DNA from: a virus
Lineage: Duplodnaviria > Heunggongvirae > Uroviricota > Caudoviricetes
Virus record (IMG/VR): IMGVR_UViG_3300006217_000002
Reading direction: 5' to 3' (one strand)
DNA length: 64,000 nt
Under the pieces are notes generated by a model that searched no databases, was not told where the DNA came from, and saw only the letters and a program-made list of their open reading frames with translations. The position numbers were made by a program, and so were the translations under genes. Shown here one piece after another: positions 29,111-38,326 of this stretch; the stretch's first letter is position 1; each line of letters starts with the position of its first letter.

Positions 29111-31135
29111 GTGTTTATGAAAGATATAAAAAGTCTTTACAACGAAGCGAGAAAAACTGGTAATGCATCAGATATTTCCGCATATCAAGAAGCAATTCAG
29201 ACTTATCTTGAGTGCAACCCCTATGGTTATATTTCAAACCTAGAATATATCATTACATCTGATATTGGGGCTAGTACTCTAAAAAAGTTTGTAGAAACAA
29301 ATGGTTTACCAATTTCTTGCTATGATAATGTTATGGAAGTGCTTGAAAAAGCAATCCATAAATGTGATATCTCAGGAAAAGACAGTTCATATTTCAAAGA
29401 GGCTGCTGACTGGTTATCTAACTATCGCAGGAAATATTTGAATTGCTTTATGATGTATGAATATTATACAGAAGAAGTAGATCCTAGATATGTTGAAACA
29501 TATTATGGTTTTAACGAATCTGGTATTCCTGGAAGAAAACTAGTGGCAGGAATGATTGATTCCTTTGGAGAGTCTGCTGTAGCAGATGCGTTAATTACAT
29601 CAAATACCATCGGGTCAGAATCTACAGCGATATTGCATGACTATTGTACGAATAAATACGCCGGTAATAAGATGATGTTCGAGTGGTTGGCAGTAACACT
29701 TAATGATTTATTTATTAAAAACTATGCAGAATCAGTAACAAGTAGTATTACCGATAATTCGCTATCACGAAAAGTAGCTGATAGTAAATCCGAAAAATGT
29801 AAAGTATATAGAGAATCTGTTATTTGTAATACTGATGCTGTATATGAATATTCCGAAGAAGAAATTGAAAATATTAAATCATTAATTGAGTTCAAAGAAT
29901 ATCAGTTAACTTGGGCAGATGAAATGACTGAAAGTAATATCATGGATATTCAGCATGAGATTTATGATTTATATGAAGAATTAGCTTCTGTCATATCAGA
30001 ATCAGACGCTGATCTTGTAGATATGCTTCCTGGAACTCCTGTAAAAGAAGGGGCTCCTTGGATAGTAAATACAAGGAACAAGAAAACTGGATCATCCCCT
30101 ACCTATATAGGTAGAAATCACGATATGGCTAAATACGGAGAAGATGATGATTCTGGAGAAGTTGTTAAATCTGATAATCCTGATATGAGCATGGATGATT
30201 ATAAACGTCCATCTGCTGGGGGTACTTCATCTCTTGATACTAATGATTTAGATGATGAAGAAAATAATTCATCTGAAGATAAATCAAGTAAAACTAATGA
30301 TAATACAAGCGGTGTTCAGAATTATTATTATTATACATACAATAATTCATTGAATAAAAATAGTAATTCTTTCAATAGGGATAATAGCTCTAAAGATGAT
30401 CATTCTATTCATAAATCATCTTATGATTCTTCTACTGGAAAACATGTTAATTCTCATAACAACAATGTAGAAGAAGTTAATAATAAAGAAGAAAAAGATT
30501 TTGAAGGATTAAAAGAATCTTCTCTTCCTTGGGAACTTAATATCGGTTTTGAAATCAAATCTATCAACGAAGCAGTAGGTGATGCTGATGATAACAAACC
30601 TGAATCAGATCATCCTATTAAAGATATTCTTACAGATATTGATAGAGCAACTGTAAAGAAGCAGCAACAGGCTAAGAAGAAAGTTCAGGATATTCAGAAT
30701 GTTGGTAGAGCTGCTATGAAACCTGTTAATAGAACTAAAGAGTGGATTGGAAACATGATAGGCAAGTGGAAGGATGCTGACGAAACTAATATCAAAGAGA
30801 AGATGGCCGATCCTCATGCTAGAAGTAATTTATTCACTGCTATTAAGAAATCTATTACAGCTGGATCTCTTCTCAAAGCAGGCCTACTTCTTAATCCTGT
30901 ATTTTTGTTTTTAACAGTTACTAGAGGTATCGGTAAAAACAAGAGAGAATTCAGAATCCGTAATGAAATGATAGGAGAAATCAAGACTGAAATTTCCATC
31001 ATTGATGAGAAGATTAAAGATGCTGATTCTAAAGGAGATAACAAAGCTAAGTATCAATTAATGCGTTTTAAAAACGAATTAAATAAGAAGCTGTTGAGAG
31101 TCGGTGGAGGTAAAAGATGGGCTAAGCTCATATAA
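29111..31135 (+). CDS. Probable head-associated protein upstream of the capsid gene
   Basis: 674 aa; many x-x-E-S/A motifs, low-complexity N/S/D linker, basic helical C-terminus. Confidence 0.55.
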   Translation: MFMKDIKSLYNEARKTGNASDISAYQEAIQTYLECNPYGYISNLEYIITSDIGASTLKKFVETNGLPISCYDNVMEVLEKAIHKCDISGKDSSYFKEAADWLSNYRRKYLNCFMMYEYYTEEVDPRYVETYYGFNESGIPGRKLVAGMIDSFGESAVADALITSNTIGSESTAILHDYCTNKYAGNKMMFEWLAVTLNDLFIKNYAESVTSSITDNSLSRKVADSKSEKCKVYRESVICNTDAVYEYSEEEIENIKSLIEFKEYQLTWADEMTESNIMDIQHEIYDLYEELASVISESDADLVDMLPGTPVKEGAPWIVNTRNKKTGSSPTYIGRNHDMAKYGEDDDSGEVVKSDNPDMSMDDYKRPSAGGTSSLDTNDLDDEENNSSEDKSSKTNDNTSGVQNYYYYTYNNSLNKNSNSFNRDNSSKDDHSIHKSSYDSSTGKHVNSHNNNVEEVNNKEEKDFEGLKESSLPWELNIGFEIKSINEAVGDADDNKPESDHPIKDILTDIDRATVKKQQQAKKKVQDIQNVGRAAMKPVNRTKEWIGNMIGKWKDADETNIKEKMADPHARSNLFTAIKKSITAGSLLKAGLLLNPVFLFLTVTRGIGKNKREFRIRNEMIGEIKTEISIIDEKIKDADSKGDNKAKYQLMRFKNELNKKLLRVGGGKRWAKLI

Positions 31136-31175
31136 CCTTTAATATACAAATATCAAAGAAAGGAGGTTATTCCAT

Positions 31176-31790
31176 ATGGAAATGGATACAAAGAGTATTA
31201 ATTTTTTTACTCGATATTTATCTGAAGCTCCTGATGAAACTCCACCAGATGTAGCTGCAGCTCAAGAAGATTCAGGAACACCTGATGTACCTGAAAATGG
31301 ACCAGACATTGATGCTGGACCTCCAGATATGTCAGATGATATAGGTGAAGAAACAACAGATGATGGACCACCAGATCTTGATGATAATTTTGATAGTGGA
31401 TTTGGTGGAGATGATACAAGTGATGAAGATAATCAGGAAGGAGAAGGATCTGATCCTGAAAAAGTTGATCTTGGTCTTGATGAAAAGGTATCAGCTATTA
31501 TGAATCAGCAACTATATCAGCGTTTTTTAAATCTGATTAGTTCCATCGCTAATCAATTAACGATGATTAAAAATAATAATGATATCTTATATACATTATC
31601 TGAAGACACATTGGAAACTGAATCTTCATTGAAGAAGCTGGATGAAAACATTCGTTTATACATTAAATACAACTTCGTTAATGAGAACTACAGTAAGAAC
31701 CTACTATTCTTTAACAAATGCTTGAATTTGTTAAAGTTACTTAATGACGCTTTCGATAAGAATATTCGGAAGGGAATAAAGGACTTGTAG
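31176..31790 (+). CDS. Acidic head protein, scaffold/core-like
   Basis: YLSE-A followed by D/P/G-rich repeats (D.GPPD) and a coiled C-terminus; immediately precedes the capsid gene. Confidence 0.55.
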   Translation: MEMDTKSINFFTRYLSEAPDETPPDVAAAQEDSGTPDVPENGPDIDAGPPDMSDDIGEETTDDGPPDLDDNFDSGFGGDDTSDEDNQEGEGSDPEKVDLGLDEKVSAIMNQQLYQRFLNLISSIANQLTMIKNNNDILYTLSEDTLETESSLKKLDENIRLYIKYNFVNENYSKNLLFFNKCLNLLKLLNDAFDKNIRKGIKDL

Positions 31791-31791
31791 T

Positions 31792-31803
31792 AACCATTAT
31801 GTA
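31792..31803 (+). promoter_or_regulatory. Putative late promoter AAC-N7-TA
   Basis: AACCATTATGTA upstream of the capsid gene; same spacing at other late genes. Confidence 0.45.
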
Positions 31804-31872
31804 AAATACTGCATACTCAAGACTTTATGAGTAACTAAGTAAAAAATCTATAGAAAAGGAGATTGAATCATT

Positions 31873-33726
31873 ATGAATGGAAACAAAGTTAGCTGGTTTT
31901 ATGAATCAGCAAGCGAACGCGAAAGAAGTGGCTACACACCTAGCAAGAGTTCCTTCGGCGTTTATATTGGTGAAGGAATGAAAACATTCGATGAGCATTT
32001 CGAAGATCTGTACAATCAATACAAAGAAAGTCAGGGCATTGATATTAAACGTGATATCAATGGTATGATTGGTGACAGGACTTTCATGGAAAACTATAAA
32101 ACAGACCTTATGGCTCCTGTATTGGAAGGCTTCCAGGAAATGTCACCTAATGATCCTCATATCCAGAGTATCATTGAGAATGTTAACAGGTTCTGGGATA
32201 CTAAGGTAAAGACTTTCTCTGAGTCTGCTTCTATGCTCGGATTCCTTCCTATTTCCACACTGGAATTCCCTGTACTGGTTAAACAGTTCTTCAGTTCTAT
32301 TCTTAAGGATATTATTGAAGTTGAAACCACCAAGACTCCAAGTATCACGAAGCATGTTCGTACAACTTATCTGGTTGATAATCAGACCGGAGATGAGTAT
32401 GAATATCCTAAGTGTATGTTTGATGGCACATGGGAGAAGGTATTCGATGCTTCTAAGGGTCTGAAAATTCCTGAGAACGTTGTTCCTCTTACCAATGGTC
32501 GTCTATGGAAGCATGATATTATCGCAATGGCTGGCGGTGTTGCTGGTATCGATAGAATGAGCTTCCAGTTCAAGATTATTGCTATTCAGGCTTCTGTTGG
32601 TGGCAAGGATGAGGTCATTCCGCTGCGTGGAAATGGTATCACCGTTGAGTTCTCCACTAATGGTACTCTTGTTAATGGTGATCTGAACTTTGATTACAAT
32701 GGAACTTTAATTGACGATGTACTTGGAGGTCAGGTTGACTTCAAGAATGGTACGATTACAATTGCTTCTGCATCCGGTCAGGTTACTGGTGTAGTATTTA
32801 GCGGTTATCTTTCTAATGAGAAGAATCTGCGTCATGTATCCGTAAGAGAGAAGAGAGACATTCTGAAGTTCCAGATCGAAGATGGCCCTCGTTGGAATAT
32901 GCCGTTCTCTATCGAAGAGATCGAAGATGCTGCAGCTCTGCTTGATATTAATTACTACAATCGTATGGTTGATGAAATCGTTCGTACACAGGAAATGCAG
33001 GAGTGCATGACTGTTATTAAGTTCCTGAACGATGAATTCATGAAGTTCAATGGAGTAGAAACAGATACATTTAAGCTTGAGAGTGTTGCTCAGACATATA
33101 AGGTAGATCTGGATCCTGCATCTATGACACCTAACTTCGCTGGCGATCCTTACAAGTTCATGAGTACTGCAATTCAGTTCCGTCTGAAAGGTATTATTCA
33201 TCAGCTTATGGATATGACCAAGTTGGATGATATGTCCTTCATTATCGTTGGTAACCCGATGGCTTGCCAGCTGATCAATGAATTCGTTCAGTGGAAATCT
33301 CAGACTGGTTCTACCATCGGTGGTATCAGTGTAAACAACAGCTATGGCTTTGCAACAGATCTTGGTGCAAATATCCGTGTTGTAGCTACTAACCTGTATG
33401 ATGCATACACTGTTGATAAGGTTGATGATACAGGCGATCGTGAGCTTATCCTCCACATCTATGGTTATCCTACAGATGCAGAACATGTCAGCCAGCGTCA
33501 CCTTAAGTATACATCTCACCTGTTCACAAGTCAGAGCCAGACTGCATATCAGTCCACTCAGGCCCCTGGTGGTGCATACAACATCGTTACAGCAACAAGC
33601 CGCTTCAAGACTATCTCTGTTCAGGGCATTCAGGCTAGACTCGTTATGCTTAATAGTGATCGTGTATATGGTCCGGCTCCTAAGAGACCTCCTGTACTTG
33701 GTGCACCTTGGCAGGCTGCTGCGTAA
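31873..33726 (+). CDS. Major capsid protein precursor
   Basis: 617 aa; strong highly-expressed codon bias; Glu-rich N-terminal propeptide ending FSE-SA; AR9/phiKZ-like layout (SIEEIEDAAALLDINY, IIVGNP); followed by a strong terminator. Confidence 0.8.
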   Translation: MNGNKVSWFYESASERERSGYTPSKSSFGVYIGEGMKTFDEHFEDLYNQYKESQGIDIKRDINGMIGDRTFMENYKTDLMAPVLEGFQEMSPNDPHIQSIIENVNRFWDTKVKTFSESASMLGFLPISTLEFPVLVKQFFSSILKDIIEVETTKTPSITKHVRTTYLVDNQTGDEYEYPKCMFDGTWEKVFDASKGLKIPENVVPLTNGRLWKHDIIAMAGGVAGIDRMSFQFKIIAIQASVGGKDEVIPLRGNGITVEFSTNGTLVNGDLNFDYNGTLIDDVLGGQVDFKNGTITIASASGQVTGVVFSGYLSNEKNLRHVSVREKRDILKFQIEDGPRWNMPFSIEEIEDAAALLDINYYNRMVDEIVRTQEMQECMTVIKFLNDEFMKFNGVETDTFKLESVAQTYKVDLDPASMTPNFAGDPYKFMSTAIQFRLKGIIHQLMDMTKLDDMSFIIVGNPMACQLINEFVQWKSQTGSTIGGISVNNSYGFATDLGANIRVVATNLYDAYTVDKVDDTGDRELILHIYGYPTDAEHVSQRHLKYTSHLFTSQSQTAYQSTQAPGGAYNIVTATSRFKTISVQGIQARLVMLNSDRVYGPAPKRPPVLGAPWQAAA

Positions 33727-33757
33727 TGTAACTGTAAATCAACAAAATTAACATAAG

Positions 33758-33790
33758 TAAGTAGGTGAGGGATAATCCCTCACCTACTTA
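33758..33790 (+). terminator. Terminator after the capsid gene
   Basis: taagtaggtgaggga/tccctcacctactta then a T-rich tail. Confidence 0.8.
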
Positions 33791-33855
33791 TCTTTGTTTT
33801 AGTTTACTAGTTTATAATGTCATTAAAGAATCTATAGTAAAGGAGATAGATAAAT

Positions 33856-36126
33856 ATGGGAAGAATTAAAAGTAAAAAACAAGTTCGAGATGGTTTTTTA
33901 GGTGATCTCCCTGAATCAGTTCAGAATAGAGTTATGGCCGTTCATAAACTAGTAGTTGAAACAACAAATTCAGTTATGAAAAATAAAAACTACGAGGACA
34001 TAATCCATACTCAATGGGCAAAATCTATGTTAGATGAATTTCTAACTATGCCAGCTGATAAAAAACAAACTGGATCAGTTAGAGTATATAAACAAGGAAA
34101 ACGTTTCTCTTGTATGATACAGTTAACTGGTCATGTCACAAATGATAGAAACGATATTGATCATGAGTTATTCCATGATATGATTAGAAATATCCATGTT
34201 TCTATGAGATCTAAAGTAAGAAGAAAATTCGATATGACTCTTACATGTGAATCAGAACACGGAGAACATTTCGAAGGATTCGATGTATGGACCAAGCAAA
34301 AAGAAGCGAAGGAAATATGGGAACTCTTCAGCGATAAGACTACTAAAGATATCAGAGAGTTTAAAGAATCAGCAGACAATGACAGTGATAAAGAAGTAAT
34401 AATTGTAGAGTTTTCTGATCTTCCTGGTGGCATTCAAAAATTTGTGGAACATACAAAATCGCAGATTGTTGAATGTATCAATGAGTATGCACAAAAAAAT
34501 AGATATAATGCTTTATATGGAACTAAAACAGTGTATAAGAATTTTTTAAATAATGTATCTGGTAAATTACCAACATCTGTAACAATTGGAGATACTTATT
34601 TAAGAAGGAATTCTGATTATACGCATGAAGGAAGTATTGTTGTTACACCAGAACCAAATTCTACAATCACATCAGAATATTATGAATACATGAATTCTTT
34701 GGAAAATGAATTATTGATGGAAGTGTTTGAATCAGTTAATGAGAAAGTATCTCAAATTGATTTCACAAAAAAATTAGTTCTTACAGAGAATTCTATAGGA
34801 AAATATTTTGAGTTATATCTAACTCCTGAATATGCACAAAAACTATTTGAGTATTTTGAAGAAAGAGATGTTTGCAATGAAACTATTATAGCTGAAAGCA
34901 GCAAGAATGAATCGATTCCTGAATACAATACTGATATGACTGAAGCAGAGGCAAAACGTACTCTTCGTACATTATCTCAGGAAATGATTAATGGTATGAA
35001 GAATGATAAGAATTATAAGGTGACACAATACAAGGCTAATATTTATGCCAATATTATCACTAAGAATCTATTACCTAGATGGGCTAAAGGTTTTAGAAAG
35101 TTCTCCATCACTTTAGATTCATATCAATCATTCTTCACATTCGAGTTCAAAGTTCCCAACATGACTCAGGATTTTGTTTCTCGCTTCATTGAAGGAAGAG
35201 AATCTCTTAATGGATTCATTCATAGAAATTCTGAGATCAAGGTTAAAATGTCTCCGAGGATATTCCATACGATGGAAAATCCTGATGACGCATTTAATTT
35301 CTTCAAGAGTGCTATTAAGTATTATAACGAAGGAATCTTAAAAGCTGGAGACAAATTGATGGCTTCTGCTATGAAGATGAATAGAGAGATGAAACACTTG
35401 GTATCAACTACTAAATTGTCTGGTATTGTTACAATGCCTATGCAATTACTATTCGTATTTGATGATGTCAAGATGAGTAACAAAGATACATTCAAAGTAT
35501 CTCAGGAAGATATCAATGCAGTTAACTCGTTCATCAAAGGAATTTATACAAAATATGCATCTCCTGAAAAAGAAAAGAAACAGATAGTTGATGACGTAAA
35601 AGACATGGTTAAAGCTTTAAGAGAATATTGTGAGAATGATTTTAATATCACTCAGATATCTTTATTTCCCGAAGCGTTGGAAGAATACTTTGATGGTAAG
35701 ATGCAGCCTATTCTTGAATCATTTAACAGGTCATGGATATATGAACATCTTGACATGGACTGGGTAAATAAACAAAAGAATCCTCAAACTAAATATCTTC
35801 AGGAAAAGTTTGGAGTTAAGAAACTTAAGAAGATCCCTACCGATCTTGTAGCATACATCACTATTGAGACTGAATGTATTAAAGATTCAAACGATAAGAT
35901 GATGATTGCATCCTATTGTTTAGGGAAGATTGAAATTGTAGAATGGTATATTGAACTCCTTGAAGTAGGAAGTAAAAAATATATTGTACCTCATACAAAA
36001 CCTTATCTTGATTCAGTAAGAACTCAACTACTTGCATGCTACAAAAAAATTATGGAAACTCCGATTCCAAAATCAACCGACCGTCCATTGATTGACATTA
36101 AATATCCTTTAGGATATGAGGGATAA
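33856..36126 (+). CDS. Probable head/virion protein
   Basis: 756 aa; FKES, VFES, IAES, ILES motifs; ends IKYPLGYEG. Confidence 0.55.
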   Translation: MGRIKSKKQVRDGFLGDLPESVQNRVMAVHKLVVETTNSVMKNKNYEDIIHTQWAKSMLDEFLTMPADKKQTGSVRVYKQGKRFSCMIQLTGHVTNDRNDIDHELFHDMIRNIHVSMRSKVRRKFDMTLTCESEHGEHFEGFDVWTKQKEAKEIWELFSDKTTKDIREFKESADNDSDKEVIIVEFSDLPGGIQKFVEHTKSQIVECINEYAQKNRYNALYGTKTVYKNFLNNVSGKLPTSVTIGDTYLRRNSDYTHEGSIVVTPEPNSTITSEYYEYMNSLENELLMEVFESVNEKVSQIDFTKKLVLTENSIGKYFELYLTPEYAQKLFEYFEERDVCNETIIAESSKNESIPEYNTDMTEAEAKRTLRTLSQEMINGMKNDKNYKVTQYKANIYANIITKNLLPRWAKGFRKFSITLDSYQSFFTFEFKVPNMTQDFVSRFIEGRESLNGFIHRNSEIKVKMSPRIFHTMENPDDAFNFFKSAIKYYNEGILKAGDKLMASAMKMNREMKHLVSTTKLSGIVTMPMQLLFVFDDVKMSNKDTFKVSQEDINAVNSFIKGIYTKYASPEKEKKQIVDDVKDMVKALREYCENDFNITQISLFPEALEEYFDGKMQPILESFNRSWIYEHLDMDWVNKQKNPQTKYLQEKFGVKKLKKIPTDLVAYITIETECIKDSNDKMMIASYCLGKIEIVEWYIELLEVGSKKYIVPHTKPYLDSVRTQLLACYKKIMETPIPKSTDRPLIDIKYPLGYEG

Positions 36127-36139
36127 AAATATCCCTGAA

Positions 36140-36171
36140 GAAGGGGAGGGGGTACCGACCCCCTTTCTTTC
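36140..36171 (+). terminator. Terminator hairpin with G-U pairs
   Basis: gaaggggagggggt/accccctttctttc after the 36126 stop. Confidence 0.65.
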
Positions 36172-36182
36172 GTTATTCCAAA

Positions 36183-36278
36183 ATGATTTAAATAATATGC
36201 TTAAAACTCAGATTTATGAATTTCCGTGTATCATTCATAAGTATTTCTCTGCAGTTTTTAAGTATATTATTTATTCAT
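36183..36278. other. Long imperfect AT-rich inverted repeat in an ORF-free spacer
   Basis: aaataatatgcttaaaact-caga...ttatgaat / attcataa...tctgc-agtttttaagtatattattt. Confidence 0.55.
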
Positions 36279-36406
36279 CTAACTGTTAGTCATCTCTAAG
36301 TTATAATTTTTATATCTCCTTTCTGGGTAATTATCCCCTTTTCATTACATTTATAATATATAAAAAAGATATACTAAAATACGATATTGAAACAATCAAA
36401 TATATT

Positions 36407-36440
36407 AAAAAGAGGAGTGGGATTTCCCACTCCTCTTTTA
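36407..36440 (-). terminator. Terminator of the DHH/deaminase operon
   Basis: aaaagaggagtggga/tcccactcctctttt. Confidence 0.8.
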
Positions 36441-36448
36441 CAATATCA

Positions 36449-36709
36449 TTACAAATCGGCTGTAATCTCATGGAATAATTTACCAGAAGCTATATCTTTA
36501 ATAACAGGAACAGGCAAATTATAATATTCTGCTATTTCATTTGTAGAAGATTGTCCATACCTCACTTTTACATAGATGGTACGAATTCTACCTCTAGTAA
36601 GTTCATCATCAACTATTCCGTCAATCAAACGTTTTAACTCATCAGGATTTTCCAGATAATACATAATATCATTTCCTTCAAAGTTATGAGCTTTATTTCT
36701 ATTTCTCAT
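36449..36709 (-). CDS. Small HTH-like protein
   Basis: TNEIAEYYNLPVPVIKDIASGKLF; SD AAGGAGG. Confidence 0.6.
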   Translation of the reverse strand: MRNRNKAHNFEGNDIMYYLENPDELKRLIDGIVDDELTRGRIRTIYVKVRYGQSSTNEIAEYYNLPVPVIKDIASGKLFHEITADL

Positions 36710-36745
36710 AAATCCTCCTTAAAATATAAATTAGGAAGGGAGTCC

Positions 36746-37186
36746 TTAGTGGACCCCCCCCCATTTTCTTAATCGCTCATGTGCATAACCATCATCAGTA
36801 GAATAGTATATATTTCTAATACCTTTCTCCTTTATGTATTGCATACATGCATTACACGGTCTGGTCATGCCATATGTTCCATCTTTCTTAACTCTAACCA
36901 CGTATATAGAAACTTGTCTCCAATCGATATCTCTGAGAGTAATATGTTTAATTGCAGTTATCTCAGCATGGATCTTATGAGGGCTTTCCTTATTATCAGA
37001 AAACTCTCTGAATTTATTATACTTCTTCTGGACAGGATCAGTTTTATCCTGATTATATCCTTCTGCAATTATGTTTCCTTTATATATAACTACACATCCA
37101 GTCATATTCTTTTTATTTTTATACGTGGAAAGAACTGCGGCTTTAGCAGCCTGATGAAAATAATACATATCTTTCTTAGTAATCAT
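36746..37186 (-). CDS. Zinc-dependent cytidine/dCMP deaminase family protein
   Basis: HAE and RPCNAC motifs; GCVVI...IIAEGYN. Confidence 0.88.
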   Translation of the reverse strand: MITKKDMYYFHQAAKAAVLSTYKNKKNMTGCVVIYKGNIIAEGYNQDKTDPVQKKYNKFREFSDNKESPHKIHAEITAIKHITLRDIDWRQVSIYVVRVKKDGTYGMTRPCNACMQYIKEKGIRNIYYSTDDGYAHERLRKWGGVH

Positions 37187-38184
37187 TCATTCAACGCTTT
37201 CATTATGATAGTCATAATTTCCTCGACGTATTCATCCTTCAAAGGAGCTCCAGCAGCCTTAGGATGACCACCACCCCCAATAGGAACCGCAAGTGTAGCA
37301 CCTGTATCAATATCATCCCTTACAGTACGGAACGAAAACTCTGCTCTTCTTCCAAGCATAAAAGCACTAAAGATATCAAAGTCCTTATACTTACTTAAGA
37401 ACTGATGTGACAACTCTGAAATATTAGCACCTTTGGATCCAAGAATAAATGCTGTCTTAAATCCTCTAAGATCAAACTGATACACATCATCAGGAGTAAT
37501 GGAATCAATAACTGCCTGTTCAGCTTCAAGCCTTGCGCTAACAAATTCCATATCCGTATCAGTTATAAGATCACTTGCTTCTTTATTGGAAAGAAGATTT
37601 ACATATCTATTACAGAATCTCTCCATACCAAGCATGAAGAATAATGTCTGCAACTTCTTCGCTTCAATATCTCCGGTTTCTTTCCATTCATATGTATCGT
37701 ATGAACGTACCTTGTCAACGAATGTTCCGATAAGAAACTGATTATAGTCATCCTTAAGGATTTCAAAGGAACCAGGAGCATCAACTTCTATACTATTAAA
37801 ATACTGCCAAAGAAGAGAAGTTCCAGACTGCTGAATACCCATATCATTTTCCGGAATGATCACAGCGTTCTCAATGATTTGCTGAGCAGGGAAATTAGTG
37901 CGATGATGATCAAAGATACGAACTGTGTCAAATCCCTGTTTAAGAGAATTAAGAGTTTCATTATGAGCAACAATGTCAGCGAATATAATTTCAGTTTCTC
38001 TACTGAGACCGACAGTTTTAGCATTGAGAAGTGCCTGACACACATCTTCATCCACAGTCGAGTTGCCGCAGTTAATTACTGTATAATCTTTTCCTTTCTC
38101 TTCAGTCATATGAGCGAGTTCATAGATTATACGACAACCTGCTCCATCAAGGTCATCGTGCGTGAATAAGATACTTTTCATCAT
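37183..38184 (-). CDS. DHH/DHHA1 phosphoesterase (oligoribonuclease NrnB-like)
   Basis: THDDLDG, FADI, FDHH, SFRT, GGGGHPKAAG. Confidence 0.9.
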   Translation of the reverse strand: MMKSILFTHDDLDGAGCRIIYELAHMTEEKGKDYTVINCGNSTVDEDVCQALLNAKTVGLSRETEIIFADIVAHNETLNSLKQGFDTVRIFDHHRTNFPAQQIIENAVIIPENDMGIQQSGTSLLWQYFNSIEVDAPGSFEILKDDYNQFLIGTFVDKVRSYDTYEWKETGDIEAKKLQTLFFMLGMERFCNRYVNLLSNKEASDLITDTDMEFVSARLEAEQAVIDSITPDDVYQFDLRGFKTAFILGSKGANISELSHQFLSKYKDFDIFSAFMLGRRAEFSFRTVRDDIDTGATLAVPIGGGGHPKAAGAPLKDEYVEEIMTIIMKALNE

Positions 38185-38247
38185 TTTAAATTCTCCTTTC
38201 GTTATTTGAAAATAAGGCTATATAACTTTTATGTTTGATTCATAGTA

Positions 38248-38257
38248 AGAATATATC
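38248..38257 (-). promoter_or_regulatory. Putative early promoter motif GATATATTCT
   Basis: Upstream of the DHH operon. Confidence 0.45.
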
Positions 38258-38326
38258 ATTTATAGACAAATTTATACGAACCCAAACAATAAATTTTATA
38301 TTAATAGAGAAAGGAGAGAAAATAAC

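Noticed and set aside
32707-33519. 270-aa antisense ORF inside the capsid gene
   Set aside because: Shadow ORF produced by strong codon bias on the sense strand; no SD, no recognisable motifs
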